64,000 nucleotides of DNA. Source: Halorarum halobium. GTDB taxonomy: Archaea; Halobacteriota; Halobacteria; Halobacteriales; Haloferacaceae. A program made the translations under genes and the position numbers. Where the stretch lies: the NCBI RefSeq assembly GCF_032116555.1, contig NZ_CP134949.1, positions 2,604,001-2,668,000 of the forward strand, written 5' to 3'. Positions 27,990-38,433 of the stretch are shown here, piece after piece. Numbering within the stretch: the stretch's first letter is position 1; every line of letters starts with the position of its first letter. The notes under the pieces were generated by a model. It ran no database searches. It was not told the origin of the DNA and worked only from the letters and a program-made list of their open reading frames with translations.

Positions 27990-28131
27990 CTCCGCGGGAC
28001 TTGGACACGGACGACAAAGGCAGAACTGGCCGACTGGCGTCCGGAAGGCGACGACCGCTGACGGCGTCGGGTGCAGTTGGTTCGACGGGACGGCCGACGC
28101 CGCGGGCGCGCCGGCTGGAGATCGAGGCGGG

Positions 28132-28566
28132 TTACGGGGCGTCCTCCGGCGAGGCGACGCCCCACGCGCCGCCGTCCTCGCCGCCGCCGGTCTTGAACGT
28201 CCCGCGCGCGTCGGCGACGTGGGTGCCGTCCACGTCCTCGATGCGGACGTCGGCGGTGGCGACCGAGCGGCCGTCGCGGACGACCTCCGCCTCGGCCCGG
28301 AGGTCCGTCGTCGCTGGCGCGAGGTAGTCGATGCGCATGTCGACGGTCGGCGTCGGCTTGTGGTGCAGCGAGATGACCGACGCCCCGCCGACGGTGTCGG
28401 CCAGCGCGTACGTGATACCGCCGTGGGCGATCTCCCGTCCCGGCACCGAGGAGTGCTCCTCCCGCAGCGGGAGTTCGGCCTCGGCGTAGCCGTCCGTCGC
28501 CTCCACGACTTCGATGCCGAGCAGGTCCGCGAACGGCATCCCGTTCAGCAGGTCGGCGACGCTCAC
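28132..28566 (-). CDS. PaaI family thioesterase
   Basis: PFADLLG, AHGGITYALAD and TVDMRIDYLAP motifs. Confidence 0.88.
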   Translation of the reverse strand: MSVADLLNGMPFADLLGIEVVEATDGYAEAELPLREEHSSVPGREIAHGGITYALADTVGGASVISLHHKPTPTVDMRIDYLAPATTDLRAEAEVVRDGRSVATADVRIEDVDGTHVADARGTFKTGGGEDGGAWGVASPEDAP

Positions 28567-28606
28567 GCCGCGCTCACCCCGAGCCTCCGCCCGCGACCGC
28601 GTGCGT

Positions 28607-29443
28607 TCACGCCTCGCCCCCGATCCCGCAGCCGCCGGCGTACTCGACGCCCTCGATGGTGTCGATGGGGTCCTCGCCACACACCGGACAGTCCGGGTCC
28701 CGCCGGTAGGGGACCGTCTCGAACGTCATCCCGGCCGCGTCGAAAAAGAGGAGCCTGCCCGCCAGCACCTCGGCGTCCGCGAGCGCGCCGCTGCCCTGGA
28801 GCAGGAGCTTCACGGCCTCGGTCGCCTGGAGGCAGCCCACGGTGCCGGGGAGCATCCCGAGCACCCCGGTCGTCGCGCAGTCGGGCACCTCGCCGGGTTC
28901 GGGTGCCTCCGGGAACAGACAGCGGTAGCACGGGCCCTCGGGGACGAGCGTCGTCACCTGCCCCTCGAACTTGTAGATCGCGCCGTGGGCGACGGGCGTC
29001 CCGTCGAGGCGGGCGACGTCGTTGAGGAGGTAGCGCGTGGCGAAGTTGTCCGAGGCGTCGACCACGACGTCGTAGTCGGCGACGAGGTCGGCCGCGTTCC
29101 CCGGGTCGACGCGCGTCTCGTGGGTCTCCACGTCGACGTCCGGGTTCAGATCCGCGACGTACTCGGCGGCCGACTCGGCCTTCGGTCGCCCGACGTCGGC
29201 GTCCGCGTGGACGATCTGGCGCTGGAGGTTCGAGCGCTCGACCGCGTCGTCGTCGGCGATGCCCAGCCGTCCGACGCCGGCGGCAGCGAGATACTGGACG
29301 GCGGGCGAGCCCAGGCCGCCGGCTCCGACGACGAGCACGGAGCCGTCGAGCAGCGCCGCCTGCCCCTCGGGACCCACCTCCTCGAGGATGATGTGCCGCG
29401 AGTACCGGTCGAGCCCGGTGGCATCGAGTGCGAGTCCGCTCAT
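28607..29443 (-). CDS. ubaA: SAMP-activating E1-like enzyme (MoeB/ThiF family)
   Basis: RYSRHI, VVGAGGLG, SNLQRQ, SDNFATRY, CYRCLFP, catalytic C in PDCATTGV, and CPVC. Confidence 0.9.
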   Translation of the reverse strand: MSGLALDATGLDRYSRHIILEEVGPEGQAALLDGSVLVVGAGGLGSPAVQYLAAAGVGRLGIADDDAVERSNLQRQIVHADADVGRPKAESAAEYVADLNPDVDVETHETRVDPGNAADLVADYDVVVDASDNFATRYLLNDVARLDGTPVAHGAIYKFEGQVTTLVPEGPCYRCLFPEAPEPGEVPDCATTGVLGMLPGTVGCLQATEAVKLLLQGSGALADAEVLAGRLLFFDAAGMTFETVPYRRDPDCPVCGEDPIDTIEGVEYAGGCGIGGEA

Positions 29444-29578
29444 GGGCCGCCCTACCCGTTCGGGGGACATAAGCGCCCTGCCGGCGGCAGCCAGGGTCGA
29501 CCCCGGCGGCCCGGAAACGGTTTCCCCGTCGGTTCCCGTTCTCGGGGGCTTATGGCCCGGGCGGCCCTGCAGACGGGT

Positions 29579-30589
29579 ATGGCCGACAACCGCAGGTTCC
29601 ACCTGGCGACGCGCCCCGAGGGAACGCCCGACAGCGACACGTTCGACCTCCGGGAGGTCGACCGCCCGGAGCCCGCCCCCGGCGAGGCGCTCGTCCGCGT
29701 GCTGTACCTCTCGGTCGACCCGTACATGCGCGACCGGATGCGCGCCGGGGAGTCGTACGCCCAGCCCTGGGAGGTCGGGGGGCCGCTGTACGGCGGTGCC
29801 GTCGCGGAGGTCGTCGAGTCCAACGGCGCCGGGTTCGAGCCCGGCGCGACCGTCGTCGGGAACCTGCCGTGGGCCGAGTACGCGAGCGCCGACGGCTCGG
29901 ATCTCACGCCGGTCGACACCGGCGACCTGCCCGTCTCGACCGCGCTCGGCGTGCTCGGGATGCCGGGGCGGACGGCCTACTTCGGCGTCCGCGAGGTCGT
30001 CGAGCCGAAGGCCGACGACACGATGGTCGTCTCCGGCGCGGCGGGCGCGGTCGGCTCGGTGGCCGGACAGCTCGGCGGGTTGCAGGGCGCGGACGTGATC
30101 GGCGTCGCGGGCAGCGACGAGAAGGTCGAGTGGCTCACGGGGGACCTCGGCTTCACCGCCGGCATCAACTACGAGACCGAGGACGTCCGCGAGCGGCTCG
30201 GCGAGCTCGCGGACGGCGTGGACGCCTACTACGACAACGTCGGCGGTCCGGTGACCGACGCCGTCTGGTCGCACCTGAACGTCGACGCCCGGGTCGGGAT
30301 CTGCGGACAGATCGCGCTGTACAACGACGAGGAGATCCCGACGGGACCGCGGAAGCTCGGGAAACTCATCGAGACGCGGGCCCGCGTGGAGGGCCTGCTC
30401 GTCCGGGACTTCGCGCCCCGGTTCCGCGAGGCGACCGCACACCTGGGCGAACTGGTCGCCCGGGGCGACCTGGGGTACCGGGAGACGGTGACCGAGGGCA
30501 TCGAGAACGCGCCCGACGCGTTCCTCGGGCTGTTCGACGGTGAGAACGTCGGGAAGCAGGTCGTGAAGGTCGCCGAGACGTCCGAATAG
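29579..30589 (+). CDS. NADP-dependent oxidoreductase (MDR, prostaglandin reductase/CurA-like)
   Basis: LSVDPYMR, GMPGRTAYFG, SGAAGAVGS, YYDNVGG and GENVGKQVV motifs. Confidence 0.92.
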   Translation: MADNRRFHLATRPEGTPDSDTFDLREVDRPEPAPGEALVRVLYLSVDPYMRDRMRAGESYAQPWEVGGPLYGGAVAEVVESNGAGFEPGATVVGNLPWAEYASADGSDLTPVDTGDLPVSTALGVLGMPGRTAYFGVREVVEPKADDTMVVSGAAGAVGSVAGQLGGLQGADVIGVAGSDEKVEWLTGDLGFTAGINYETEDVRERLGELADGVDAYYDNVGGPVTDAVWSHLNVDARVGICGQIALYNDEEIPTGPRKLGKLIETRARVEGLLVRDFAPRFREATAHLGELVARGDLGYRETVTEGIENAPDAFLGLFDGENVGKQVVKVAETSE

Positions 30590-30674
30590 GGTTCGGTTCG
30601 GACCGTTCGGTCACGATCCGTACTGCCGCCGACAGCACCGCCTCGGACGCCCCCGCGGCTCAGGCTCCACCCTG

Positions 30675-30793
30675 GCGGACTCACGAAGGGCGAACGCGCT
30701 CCGCGAACCCCGACCCCGTAAGCACCGCAGGCGAGCGGAGCGAGCCGAGGCGCGCAGCGCGAGTCGCGAGAGCGGAGCGCGTGAGGGCTTCGT
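30675..30793 (+). repeat. Structured intergenic repeat, copy D (diverged 3' module)
   Basis: GGACTC-ACGAAG…CTTCGT closing stem, ACGCGCTCCGC/GCGGAGCGCGT arms and a central AAGCACCGCAG…GCGCAG. Confidence 0.7.
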
Positions 30794-30885
30794 TGCACCC
30801 TCGTCGAATCTCGTAACGCCGCCGACGCGATTCATCCGACCCCCTTTTCACCCACGCACCCCGACGAAAACCAGACCCGACCCCA

Positions 30886-31683
30886 ATGCGTCGATTCACC
30901 CCGGAGTACCTCGACCGGACGCGCCGCGGGATGTGGGAGTCCCGCGACGCGCTCGCGGGCCTCGAACTCGACTCCCGGAGCCGCATCCTCGACGTCGGCT
31001 GCGGGACGGGTCAGCTCACCCGGGTGCTCGCGGCGGAGTCGCCCGGCGCGACCGTCGTCGGCGCGGACGCGGACGCCGACCTCCTCCGGGTCGCGCGGGA
31101 GGAAACCGACCCGGCGTACTGTGCCGCCGACGCACACCGGCTGCCGTTCCCCGACGACTCGTTCGACCTGGTCGTCTGCCAGGCGCTGTTGATCAACCTG
31201 CCCGAGCCCGTCGCGGCGGTCCGGGAGTTCGCGCGCGTCTCCTCGGAGCTCGTCGCGGCGGTCGAGCCGGACAACGCCGACGTCAGCGTCGCCTCGACGG
31301 TGGACTCGGAAGCCGACCTGGAAGCACGCGTCCGCTCGGCGTACATCGCGGGCGTCGACACGGACGTCGCGCTCGGCGAGCGCGTGCGTCAGGGGTTCCT
31401 CGATGCCGGCCTGTCGGGGCTGCGGACGCGCCGCTATCACCACGAGAAGCGCGTCGAACCGCCCTACTCGGAGGCCGACCTGGAGAGCGCGCGGCTGAAG
31501 GCGAGCGGCGGGGGACTCTCGATCCACGAGTCCGAACTCACGAGCGAACTGTCGCCCGACGCGTACGAGGAACTGCGTCGGGAGTGGCGTCGGATGGGCC
31601 GTGAGGTCGTCGAGCAGATGAGCGAGGGAACGTACGAACGCGTGGAGGTCGTCCCGTTCGACGTGACCGTCGGGCGGGTCTGA
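30886..31683 (+). CDS. Class I SAM-dependent methyltransferase
   Basis: ILDVGCGTG and LPFPDDSFDLV motifs. Confidence 0.9.
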   Translation: MRRFTPEYLDRTRRGMWESRDALAGLELDSRSRILDVGCGTGQLTRVLAAESPGATVVGADADADLLRVAREETDPAYCAADAHRLPFPDDSFDLVVCQALLINLPEPVAAVREFARVSSELVAAVEPDNADVSVASTVDSEADLEARVRSAYIAGVDTDVALGERVRQGFLDAGLSGLRTRRYHHEKRVEPPYSEADLESARLKASGGGLSIHESELTSELSPDAYEELRREWRRMGREVVEQMSEGTYERVEVVPFDVTVGRV

Positions 31684-31718
31684 GCGGAAAGCCCGTCCAG
31701 TCGCCCGTCGGAACTGCT

Positions 31719-32363
31719 TCAGACCACGTCGCCGCGCACCGTCGGCCCCTCCTGGCCGTCGCGATACGTGCGGACGGCGTCGGCCGCTTCCGACGCCTTC
31801 GGCTCCTCGACGCCGAGCATCTCCAGCGCGCCCGACAGCGTCGGGAACGGGAGCTCCCCGCCGCGGAGCTTCTCCATCGTCTCCTCGGCCCGCGTCCCGT
31901 CGGCCCACAGTTGAACGCCGCGCGGGTCCAGGATCTGGGCGTAGTCCTCGCGGGCGAGCGCCCCCTTCAGCCGCTGTGTGACGTTCCGGTCGAACGGCGC
32001 GTTACACACCTCGAGGTGGACTGGTTCCTCCTCGGGCAGCAGTTGTGCGGCGAGACACTTCTCGGGCGCCGCGTGGCCGTTTTCGTTCGCGCGGAGGTGC
32101 TCGGGGAACGCTCTCGCCCACTCGGCCGAGACCGACTTCCCGACGCCCTTCACGCCGTGGGACGTCTCGAACTCCGACTCCGCGTCCGCGTCCCCGCGCA
32201 TGTGGAGGTCCTTCGTCACGTACACGTCGAGGCGTTCGACCGGGTCGAGCCCCAGCGCGACGTCGCCGTACACCCACACCTCGCGGACGGGCACCGGCAT
32301 CGGGTCGGACTCGACCGCGTCGACGATGGCGTCGACGCGGTCGAGCGCGGCGGCGCGATCCAT
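31719..32363 (-). CDS. Conserved haloarchaeal protein with a degenerate nucleotidyltransferase-like motif
   Basis: ATG 32363; VREVWVYGDVALG…LDVYV; acidic composition. Confidence 0.7.
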   Translation of the reverse strand: MDRAAALDRVDAIVDAVESDPMPVPVREVWVYGDVALGLDPVERLDVYVTKDLHMRGDADAESEFETSHGVKGVGKSVSAEWARAFPEHLRANENGHAAPEKCLAAQLLPEEEPVHLEVCNAPFDRNVTQRLKGALAREDYAQILDPRGVQLWADGTRAEETMEKLRGGELPFPTLSGALEMLGVEEPKASEAADAVRTYRDGQEGPTVRGDVV

Positions 32364-32481
32364 GGCAGGTGCTGGGCGTCCCGGCTGTAAGCGTCTTACG
32401 TCACGCGCCGGCGGGGGATCCACCTCGGTACGAGCCGTCGGCGTCCGTCCCCGACGGTGGAGGCCCGGCTGTCGCCGGCCC

Positions 32482-32946
32482 TCACTCGTCCCGGCGGACG
32501 TACAGCGTCTTCTCGACCTCGGCGTGGATCTCCCCCTCGGCGTCGACCAGTTCCACGTCGTACACGCGGTCGCAGGACTCGCCGGGCGCGAGCGACCGTT
32601 CGATCTCGCGGACCTCCTCCTCGGGGACGTGGAACTCGGCGAACAGCGTCGACCGGCCGGGCCGGCGGAACCTGATCTCGGCCGCCATGTCCCAGACCGT
32701 GAAGTCCCCGTCGAGGCGTCTCCTGAGGAGCGCCATGTACACCGGGTCGACGACCCCGTACATGCTCCCACCGAAGGTGGTCCCCACGACGTTCTTCGTC
32801 CGCCAGTTCAGCGGGAGCTTCACGCGTGCGTACGAGAAGTCGGGAGAGAGGTCGGTCACCGTCCCGCCGGTCATCCAGAACGCGGGGAAGTAGGAGAACC
32901 CCAGACGATAGAGGAACGCGCGGACCGCGGCGATCGAGGGAGTCAT
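32482..32946 (-). CDS. Hotdog-fold thioesterase (DUF4442/YiiD-like)
   Basis: KNVVGTTFGGSMY, DPVYM and VWDMAAEIRFRRPG motifs. Confidence 0.85.
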   Translation of the reverse strand: MTPSIAAVRAFLYRLGFSYFPAFWMTGGTVTDLSPDFSYARVKLPLNWRTKNVVGTTFGGSMYGVVDPVYMALLRRRLDGDFTVWDMAAEIRFRRPGRSTLFAEFHVPEEEVREIERSLAPGESCDRVYDVELVDAEGEIHAEVEKTLYVRRDE

Positions 32947-33202
32947 ACCCGTCGGTCCGAACGCGATACTATCAGGCTGTCCGTTTCCCGGTCCGAGCGC
33001 AACGGCTGTTCGAGCGGCGCGCGTCGTCCATGCTGGCGTACAGGCGGTCCCGCTCGCGGCGAGTCGGCGCGCCGTCGGACCGCGCAACCGTGGTCCGACG
33101 CGCCGCGTGACTCAGGTCACGGGGGAGCATGGTCCCGCTCTCCCACTTGAACGCTCGCGTCGGACGAAACCGGTATCCCCGCGCGGTCGGTAGCGTCCGG
33201 CA

Positions 33203-34168
33203 ATGAACTGCGACAAGTGCGGCCGGGAGGCGGTCCACCACGCCGCCTACTCCGGGGCTCACCTCTGTGGCGAGCACCTCCGGGAGTCGGTCGAGACGCG
33301 GGTGCGCCGCCGGGTCCGGGAGGACGACCTGCTCCCGGACGACGCGACGCCCGAGGACCCCGAGCGCTGGGTCATCGGCCTCTCGGGGGGGAAGGACAGC
33401 GTCGTCCTCACGCGGATTCTGGACGAGACGTTCGCGCGGGACCCCCGCGTCGAGATGCTCGCGCTCTCGATTCACGAGGGCATCGAGGGGTACCGTGACG
33501 AGTCGCTCGCGGCCTGCGAGGAACTTGCTGACGACCTCGACATGCGCCACGAGACGGTGACCTACGAGGAGGAACTCGGCGTCAGGATGGACGACGTGGT
33601 CGAGGACGACCCGGAGGACATGGCAGCCTGCGCGTACTGTGGCGTGTTCCGGCGCGACCTGCTGGAGGAGTACGCCGCGGAGTTCGAGGCAGACAAACTG
33701 CTCACCGGCCACAACCTCGACGACGAGGCCCAGACGGCGCTGATGAACGTCCTGGAGGGCGACGTCGCACAGGTGGCGAAACACTTCGACGCGAGCCTGG
33801 GTGCGTTCCCCGACCGCCGAGAGTCGAAGCACTTCGTCCCGCGAGCGAAGCCGCTGCGGGACGTCCCCGAGAAGGAGGTCGCGCTGTACGCACACGTCCG
33901 GGACCTGCCCGCCCACATCACCGAGTGTCCCCACGCCAGCGAGGCGTATCGCGGGGAGATCCAGCAGTTGCTCCTGAAACTGGAGGAGAACCACCCCGGA
34001 ACGCGCCACTCCATCATGGCCGGCTACGAGGAGCTGGCCGGCATCGTCGCCGAGGAGTACCGGGGCGAGGGATCGACCGACCTCTCCGAGTGTGAACGCT
34101 GCGGCTCCTCGACGGCGCGCGACGTCTGCCGGAAGTGCCGGCTCATCGAATCCGTCGAGGCCGTGTAA
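33203..34168 (+). CDS. ncsA: tRNA 2-thiolation protein NcsA (TtuA/Ctu1 family)
   Basis: CDKC…LCGEH, SGGKDS PP-loop, CAYCGVFRR, GHNLDD, CP and C-terminal CERC…CRKC. Convergent with ftsZ2. Confidence 0.93.
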   Translation: MNCDKCGREAVHHAAYSGAHLCGEHLRESVETRVRRRVREDDLLPDDATPEDPERWVIGLSGGKDSVVLTRILDETFARDPRVEMLALSIHEGIEGYRDESLAACEELADDLDMRHETVTYEEELGVRMDDVVEDDPEDMAACAYCGVFRRDLLEEYAAEFEADKLLTGHNLDDEAQTALMNVLEGDVAQVAKHFDASLGAFPDRRESKHFVPRAKPLRDVPEKEVALYAHVRDLPAHITECPHASEAYRGEIQQLLLKLEENHPGTRHSIMAGYEELAGIVAEEYRGEGSTDLSECERCGSSTARDVCRKCRLIESVEAV

Positions 34169-34383
34169 GACGGAGAAATCGACCGGCCCCGGTCGGTGAG
34201 CGAGGAATCGAGCGGCGGGCGCGGTCGATGTTTGCATCGCTCGTCGAACGCTTCCCCGAACGGCGATCCGTCCCGAAACGGGACGCATCGCACGCAAAAG
34301 CCGCGGGGTGGGGCGACACGTCGTCGCCCCGGGATCGGGCCGGAACCAGGGTGTAAACGGGTATTCGACGGCGGGACGTCCCC

Positions 34384-35574
34384 TCAGCGGATGACGTCGA
34401 GGCCGTTGTTCTGTTCGGTCTTCTCGCGGCCGCCGTCGGACTGCCAGGCGGCCTGCGAGCTATTGTGGTTGGCCTTCGCGTCAACCTCGAGGTCGGAGCC
34501 CTGCTGGCCCTCGATGCTCTGACGGGACTTGTCGGCCTGTTTCTGCGTGCTCGGGCCCAGGACCTGCGCGCTCTGCACGCCGGTCATGATGGCCATCACG
34601 CGGACCTTCCCCTTGTACTCGTCCTGGATGCGCGCGCCCCAGATGACGTTGGCGCTCGCCTCCAGTCGCTCGGTGATGTTGTCGGCGATCCCCTCGGCCT
34701 CCTTCAGCGTGAGGTCGGGGCCGCCCGTGATGTGGACCAGGCCGCCGCTCGCGCCGCGGTAGTCGACGTCGAGCAGTGGGTGGTTCATCGCGTCGTTGAC
34801 GACCTCCTGGGTCTTGTTCTTGTCCTGCGTCTCGCCGACGAGCATCACCGCGACGCCGCCCTGGTTCATGATGGTGGACATGTCCGCGTAGTCCAGGTTG
34901 ATGAGCGAGGGCTGGGTGATAGTCTCGGAGATACCCTTGACGGTCTCGGCGATGATCTGATCCATCACCGAGAACGCCTTGCCGATCGGGAGGTTCGGCA
35001 CGTAGTCCAGCAGGCGGTTGTTGTCGAGGACGATGATCGAGTCGGCCTCGTTACGGAGTTCCTCGAGGCCCTCCTCGGCCTTCACGGTGCGGGCGCGCTC
35101 GACGTTGAACGGCGTCGACACCATGCCGACGACGATGGCGCCCTGCTCCTTCGCGATCTTCGAGACGACCGGCGCCGCGCCGGTACCCGTCCCGCCGCCC
35201 ATCCCGGCGGTGACGAACACGAGGTCGGCGTCGCCGAGGACCTCCTTGATCGTCCCCTGGGCCATCTCGGTCGCGCGCGACCCCATGCTGGGGTCGCCGC
35301 CGGCGCCGAGCCCCTGCGTGAGCGACTTGCCGACGAGGATCTTCGTGTCGGCCTCGATCATCTTGAGGTGCTGCTTGTCGGTGTTGATGGCGACGGTTTC
35401 GGCGCCCTCGACGCCGATGTTGTACAGCCGGTTGATGGTGTTGTTGCCCGCGCCGCCCGCGCCGACGATGACGATTCGGGGCTCCCCGAAGTCGTCCTCG
35501 TCGTCGCCGACCTCGGACATCTGACGCTTCTCGGCCTCCGCGTTCTCGAGGGCGTCCTGAACGATGTCCTGCAT
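34384..35574 (-). CDS. ftsZ2: Cell division protein FtsZ2
   Basis: [24 protein letters not shown] and INLDYAD motifs; directly downstream of the RHH gene cdrS. Confidence 0.96.
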   Translation of the reverse strand: MQDIVQDALENAEAEKRQMSEVGDDEDDFGEPRIVIVGAGGAGNNTINRLYNIGVEGAETVAINTDKQHLKMIEADTKILVGKSLTQGLGAGGDPSMGSRATEMAQGTIKEVLGDADLVFVTAGMGGGTGTGAAPVVSKIAKEQGAIVVGMVSTPFNVERARTVKAEEGLEELRNEADSIIVLDNNRLLDYVPNLPIGKAFSVMDQIIAETVKGISETITQPSLINLDYADMSTIMNQGGVAVMLVGETQDKNKTQEVVNDAMNHPLLDVDYRGASGGLVHITGGPDLTLKEAEGIADNITERLEASANVIWGARIQDEYKGKVRVMAIMTGVQSAQVLGPSTQKQADKSRQSIEGQQGSDLEVDAKANHNSSQAAWQSDGGREKTEQNNGLDVIR

Positions 35575-35576
35575 CG

Positions 35577-35768
35577 TTACACCTTCGCCCAGCTGCGCTT
35601 GCTCCGTTCACGACGGGTGCGCTCGCCGGAGCCCTCGGTCTGCTCGTTGAGCATGTCGCGGACCGCCGAGCGAATCGCCTCGCTGCGATTCGGGAACTCG
35701 CCAGTCTCGACCAACTGTTCGACCTCCTCGATCTGCTGTTTGGGTATCCGTAGTGTCACACGCTCCAT
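35577..35768 (-). CDS. cdrS: Ribbon-helix-helix regulator CdrS
   Basis: [37 protein letters not shown]…WAKV, 2 nt upstream of ftsZ2. Confidence 0.93.
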   Translation of the reverse strand: MERVTLRIPKQQIEEVEQLVETGEFPNRSEAIRSAVRDMLNEQTEGSGERTRRERSKRSWAKV

Positions 35769-35783
35769 TGTTACATTCCCCCG

Positions 35784-35954
35784 GTAAGACGGCGAGCACG
35801 CGTCCGCGTGCTTCGAGTCCCGAGCCGCTCGGCGTGTCGTCCGCCCGGCGTCAGCGGCTCGTAAGACGATCCGTCTTACGCAGCCGTAATCACAGACGGA
35901 TGTATTATAAATGTACCGGGGATGTAAGACGTTCTGCCCGTTGGACGTAAGACG
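35784..35954. promoter_or_regulatory. cdrS-ftsZ2 promoter with an array of GTAAGACG sites
   Basis: GTAAGACG at 35784, 35861, 35924 and 35947, inverted at 35872. Perfect palindrome CGTAAGACG-ATC-CGTCTTACG at 35860-35880. TATA (TTTATAA, minus strand) at 35905-35911. Confidence 0.75.
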
Positions 35955-36499
35955 AACGTCCGCCGTCCTCCGGTGTTCGAGGGGGGCCGATCCCGGTTCG
36001 AGGCCGAAGTTCGTCATACGATCGGCCGGGGTCGGCCCGACCTCGCGTGCTCGCCGTGCCGGCCGGAGAGCCGGGCAGACGCGTGTATGACGGGGCCACG
36101 CCGACCGCCGTTGTGGATCCCGGACGCCGCATCGACGGGTCGTCCGCCCACGTGTCAGGAGTGCGTACTCACAGCCCCTATTAAAAGCTGTCCCCGACTG
36201 TGGTACGAGGGCCCCGCGTCGGCAACGTCGGAGCGCGTGAACCCGTGACGTGTCCGCGATCGGGAGACGCCATCGAGCGATAACCGCAGACGGAGTAAGG
36301 TGAGCGGAGAAGGGCGGTGTGAACTGCGACTGGTCGAGAACGTCCGTGTAGTCTCGTCATTTTTGAGCGTTTACGCACACGCGCGCCACGCGTGATGAAG
36401 AAAGGAAACGAGCGAGCCGTCGCCCCGCCGGGACGCTGGATACCCGGGGAGCCTCGCCGCCGTCGTGGGAGTCTTTGAAGTCGCGGCCGAGCGGTCGGT

Positions 36500-37486
36500 A
36501 TGGATCGACGAACCCTCGGCGAGGTCGGCCCCGTAACCGAGATCGGACTCGGCACCTGGAACATCGGCGGCGACTGGGGCGACGTGTCGGACGAGGCGGG
36601 GCGCGAGGCCGTCAGGACGGCCCTCGACGCCGGCGTGGACTTCCTCGACACCGCCGACGTGTACGGCGACGGCAGCAGCGAGCGCCACGTCGCGGCCGTG
36701 CTCGACGAGCGTGACGCCCACGACGAGGTGACGGTGGCGACGAAGGCCGGCCGACGGCTCGACCCACACACCGCCGAGGGCTACGACGCGGGGAACCTCG
36801 AACGGTTCGTCGACCGGTCGCGGGAGAACCTGAACGAGGACACCCTGGACCTGCTCCAGCTCCACTGCCCGCCGACGGAGACGTACTACAGGCCGGAGAC
36901 GTTCGACGCGCTGGCGGACCTGCAGGAGGAGGGCAAGATCGCCCACTACGGCGTCAGCGTGGAGAAAGTCGAGGAGGCGCTGAAGGCCATCGAGTACCCC
37001 GGCGTCGAGACCGTCCAGCTCGTCTTCAATCCCCTCCGCCAGCGTGCTGCCGGGTTATTCTTCGAGGAGGCCAAGCGCCGCGACGTCGGCGTCATCGTCC
37101 GCGTCCCGCTCGCGTCAGGGCTCCTGACCGGCACCATCGACCGCGACGCGACGTTCCCGGAGAACGACCACCGGAACTTCAACCGCGAGGGCGACGCGTT
37201 CGACGTCGGGGAGACGTTCGCCGGCGTCCCGCTCGAGGCCGGCGTCGACGCCGTCGAGGCGCTCGAACCGCACGTTCCCGAGGACCTGACGCTCGCGGCG
37301 TTCACGCTCCGCTGGATCCTCGACCACGACGCCGTCTCGACGGTCATTCCCGGCTCGACCTCGCCCGAGCACATCCGGGGGAACGTCGCCGCGAGCGGGG
37401 CCGACCCGCTCCCGTATCGCCTCCACGGCCTGACGCGGGACGTGTACGACGAGCACGTCGCCGACCACGTCCACCACCGCTGGTGA
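36500..37486 (+). CDS. Aldo/keto reductase
   Basis: IGLGTW, FLDTADVYG, VATK, LDLLQLH, GVS and VIPG motifs. Confidence 0.93.
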   Translation: MDRRTLGEVGPVTEIGLGTWNIGGDWGDVSDEAGREAVRTALDAGVDFLDTADVYGDGSSERHVAAVLDERDAHDEVTVATKAGRRLDPHTAEGYDAGNLERFVDRSRENLNEDTLDLLQLHCPPTETYYRPETFDALADLQEEGKIAHYGVSVEKVEEALKAIEYPGVETVQLVFNPLRQRAAGLFFEEAKRRDVGVIVRVPLASGLLTGTIDRDATFPENDHRNFNREGDAFDVGETFAGVPLEAGVDAVEALEPHVPEDLTLAAFTLRWILDHDAVSTVIPGSTSPEHIRGNVAASGADPLPYRLHGLTRDVYDEHVADHVHHRW

Positions 37487-37555
37487 CGCCGTTCGACCGT
37501 CGAGGGACGCCCGGCAGCCATTGAGGGACGACCGGCAACCAGCGAGGAACGACGG

Positions 37556-38287
37556 TCACCCGTCGAGGAACTCCCGCGAGGCGGCCCGGCAGTCCTCGTC
37601 CGAGAGCACCGTGGCGAACGACTCGTGGACGCGCTCGCGTTCGTCGGCCGACGCCACGCTCGCCGCGGCCGCGCGCTTCGCAGTCCTCGTCGCGGTCGCG
37701 GGCGTCTCCGCGATCGACGTTACGAACCGCCCGACAGTCTCCCGGAGGCCGTCCGCCGACACGACGCGGTTCACCAGCCCCCAGTCGTGGGCCCGCTCGG
37801 CGTCGATGGGCTCGCCCGTCAGCGCGAGTTCCATCAGCCGCTTCTTGCCGACCGTGGCCGCGATCCGTTCGACGGCGTACGGCGGGTACGCCCCGATCGT
37901 CGTCTCGGGCAGCGCGAACGTGGCGTCCTCGACGGCGACCGCGAGGTCGCTCGCCGCGACGAGTTCACAGCCGCCGCCGTACGCGAGCCCGTTCACGGCC
38001 GCGACGACCGGCACGTCGAGCCGTTCGATGCCGAACAGCACGTCGAACAGCGCGTCCGTCAGGTCCGCCACCTCCGCGTCGGTCTCGGCGGCCGCCAGCG
38101 CCGCGATGTCGTCGCCCGCACAGAACGCGTCGCCGACGCCGGTGACGACGACCACCCGGGCCTCCCCCGCCGCGCGGTCGAGCAGTCGGGCGAACTCCCG
38201 CCAGTCCGCCACCGCGAGGGCGTTCCGCTTCTCCGGGCGATCGATGGTGATCCACGCGGCCTCGCCGGACAGGTCGTACCTGAGCAT
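37556..38287 (-). CDS. Enoyl-CoA hydratase/isomerase family protein
   Basis: DRPEKRNAL, FCAGDD, AVNGLAYGGGCEL and FALPE motifs. Confidence 0.92.
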   Translation of the reverse strand: MLRYDLSGEAAWITIDRPEKRNALAVADWREFARLLDRAAGEARVVVVTGVGDAFCAGDDIAALAAAETDAEVADLTDALFDVLFGIERLDVPVVAAVNGLAYGGGCELVAASDLAVAVEDATFALPETTIGAYPPYAVERIAATVGKKRLMELALTGEPIDAERAHDWGLVNRVVSADGLRETVGRFVTSIAETPATATRTAKRAAAASVASADERERVHESFATVLSDEDCRAASREFLDG

Positions 38288-38433
38288 GGGCCATGCTCGG
38301 ACGGGAATCACAAAGGCGGTTCGGCGCCGGGAGAAGATCGCCCGACGGCGCGACGGTTCGGAACGAGCGTGTTCGACGGCTCCGACGGATCCGTGCCGGA
38401 GGTGAACCCGGTCGCCGCCGGGACGGCCGTTCG

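Noticed and set aside
28607..34168. ubaA and ncsA proximity as a novel sulfur-relay cluster
   Set aside because: The UbaA-SAMP-NcsA thiolation pathway is established, and the genes are separated by unrelated ORFs and not operonic.
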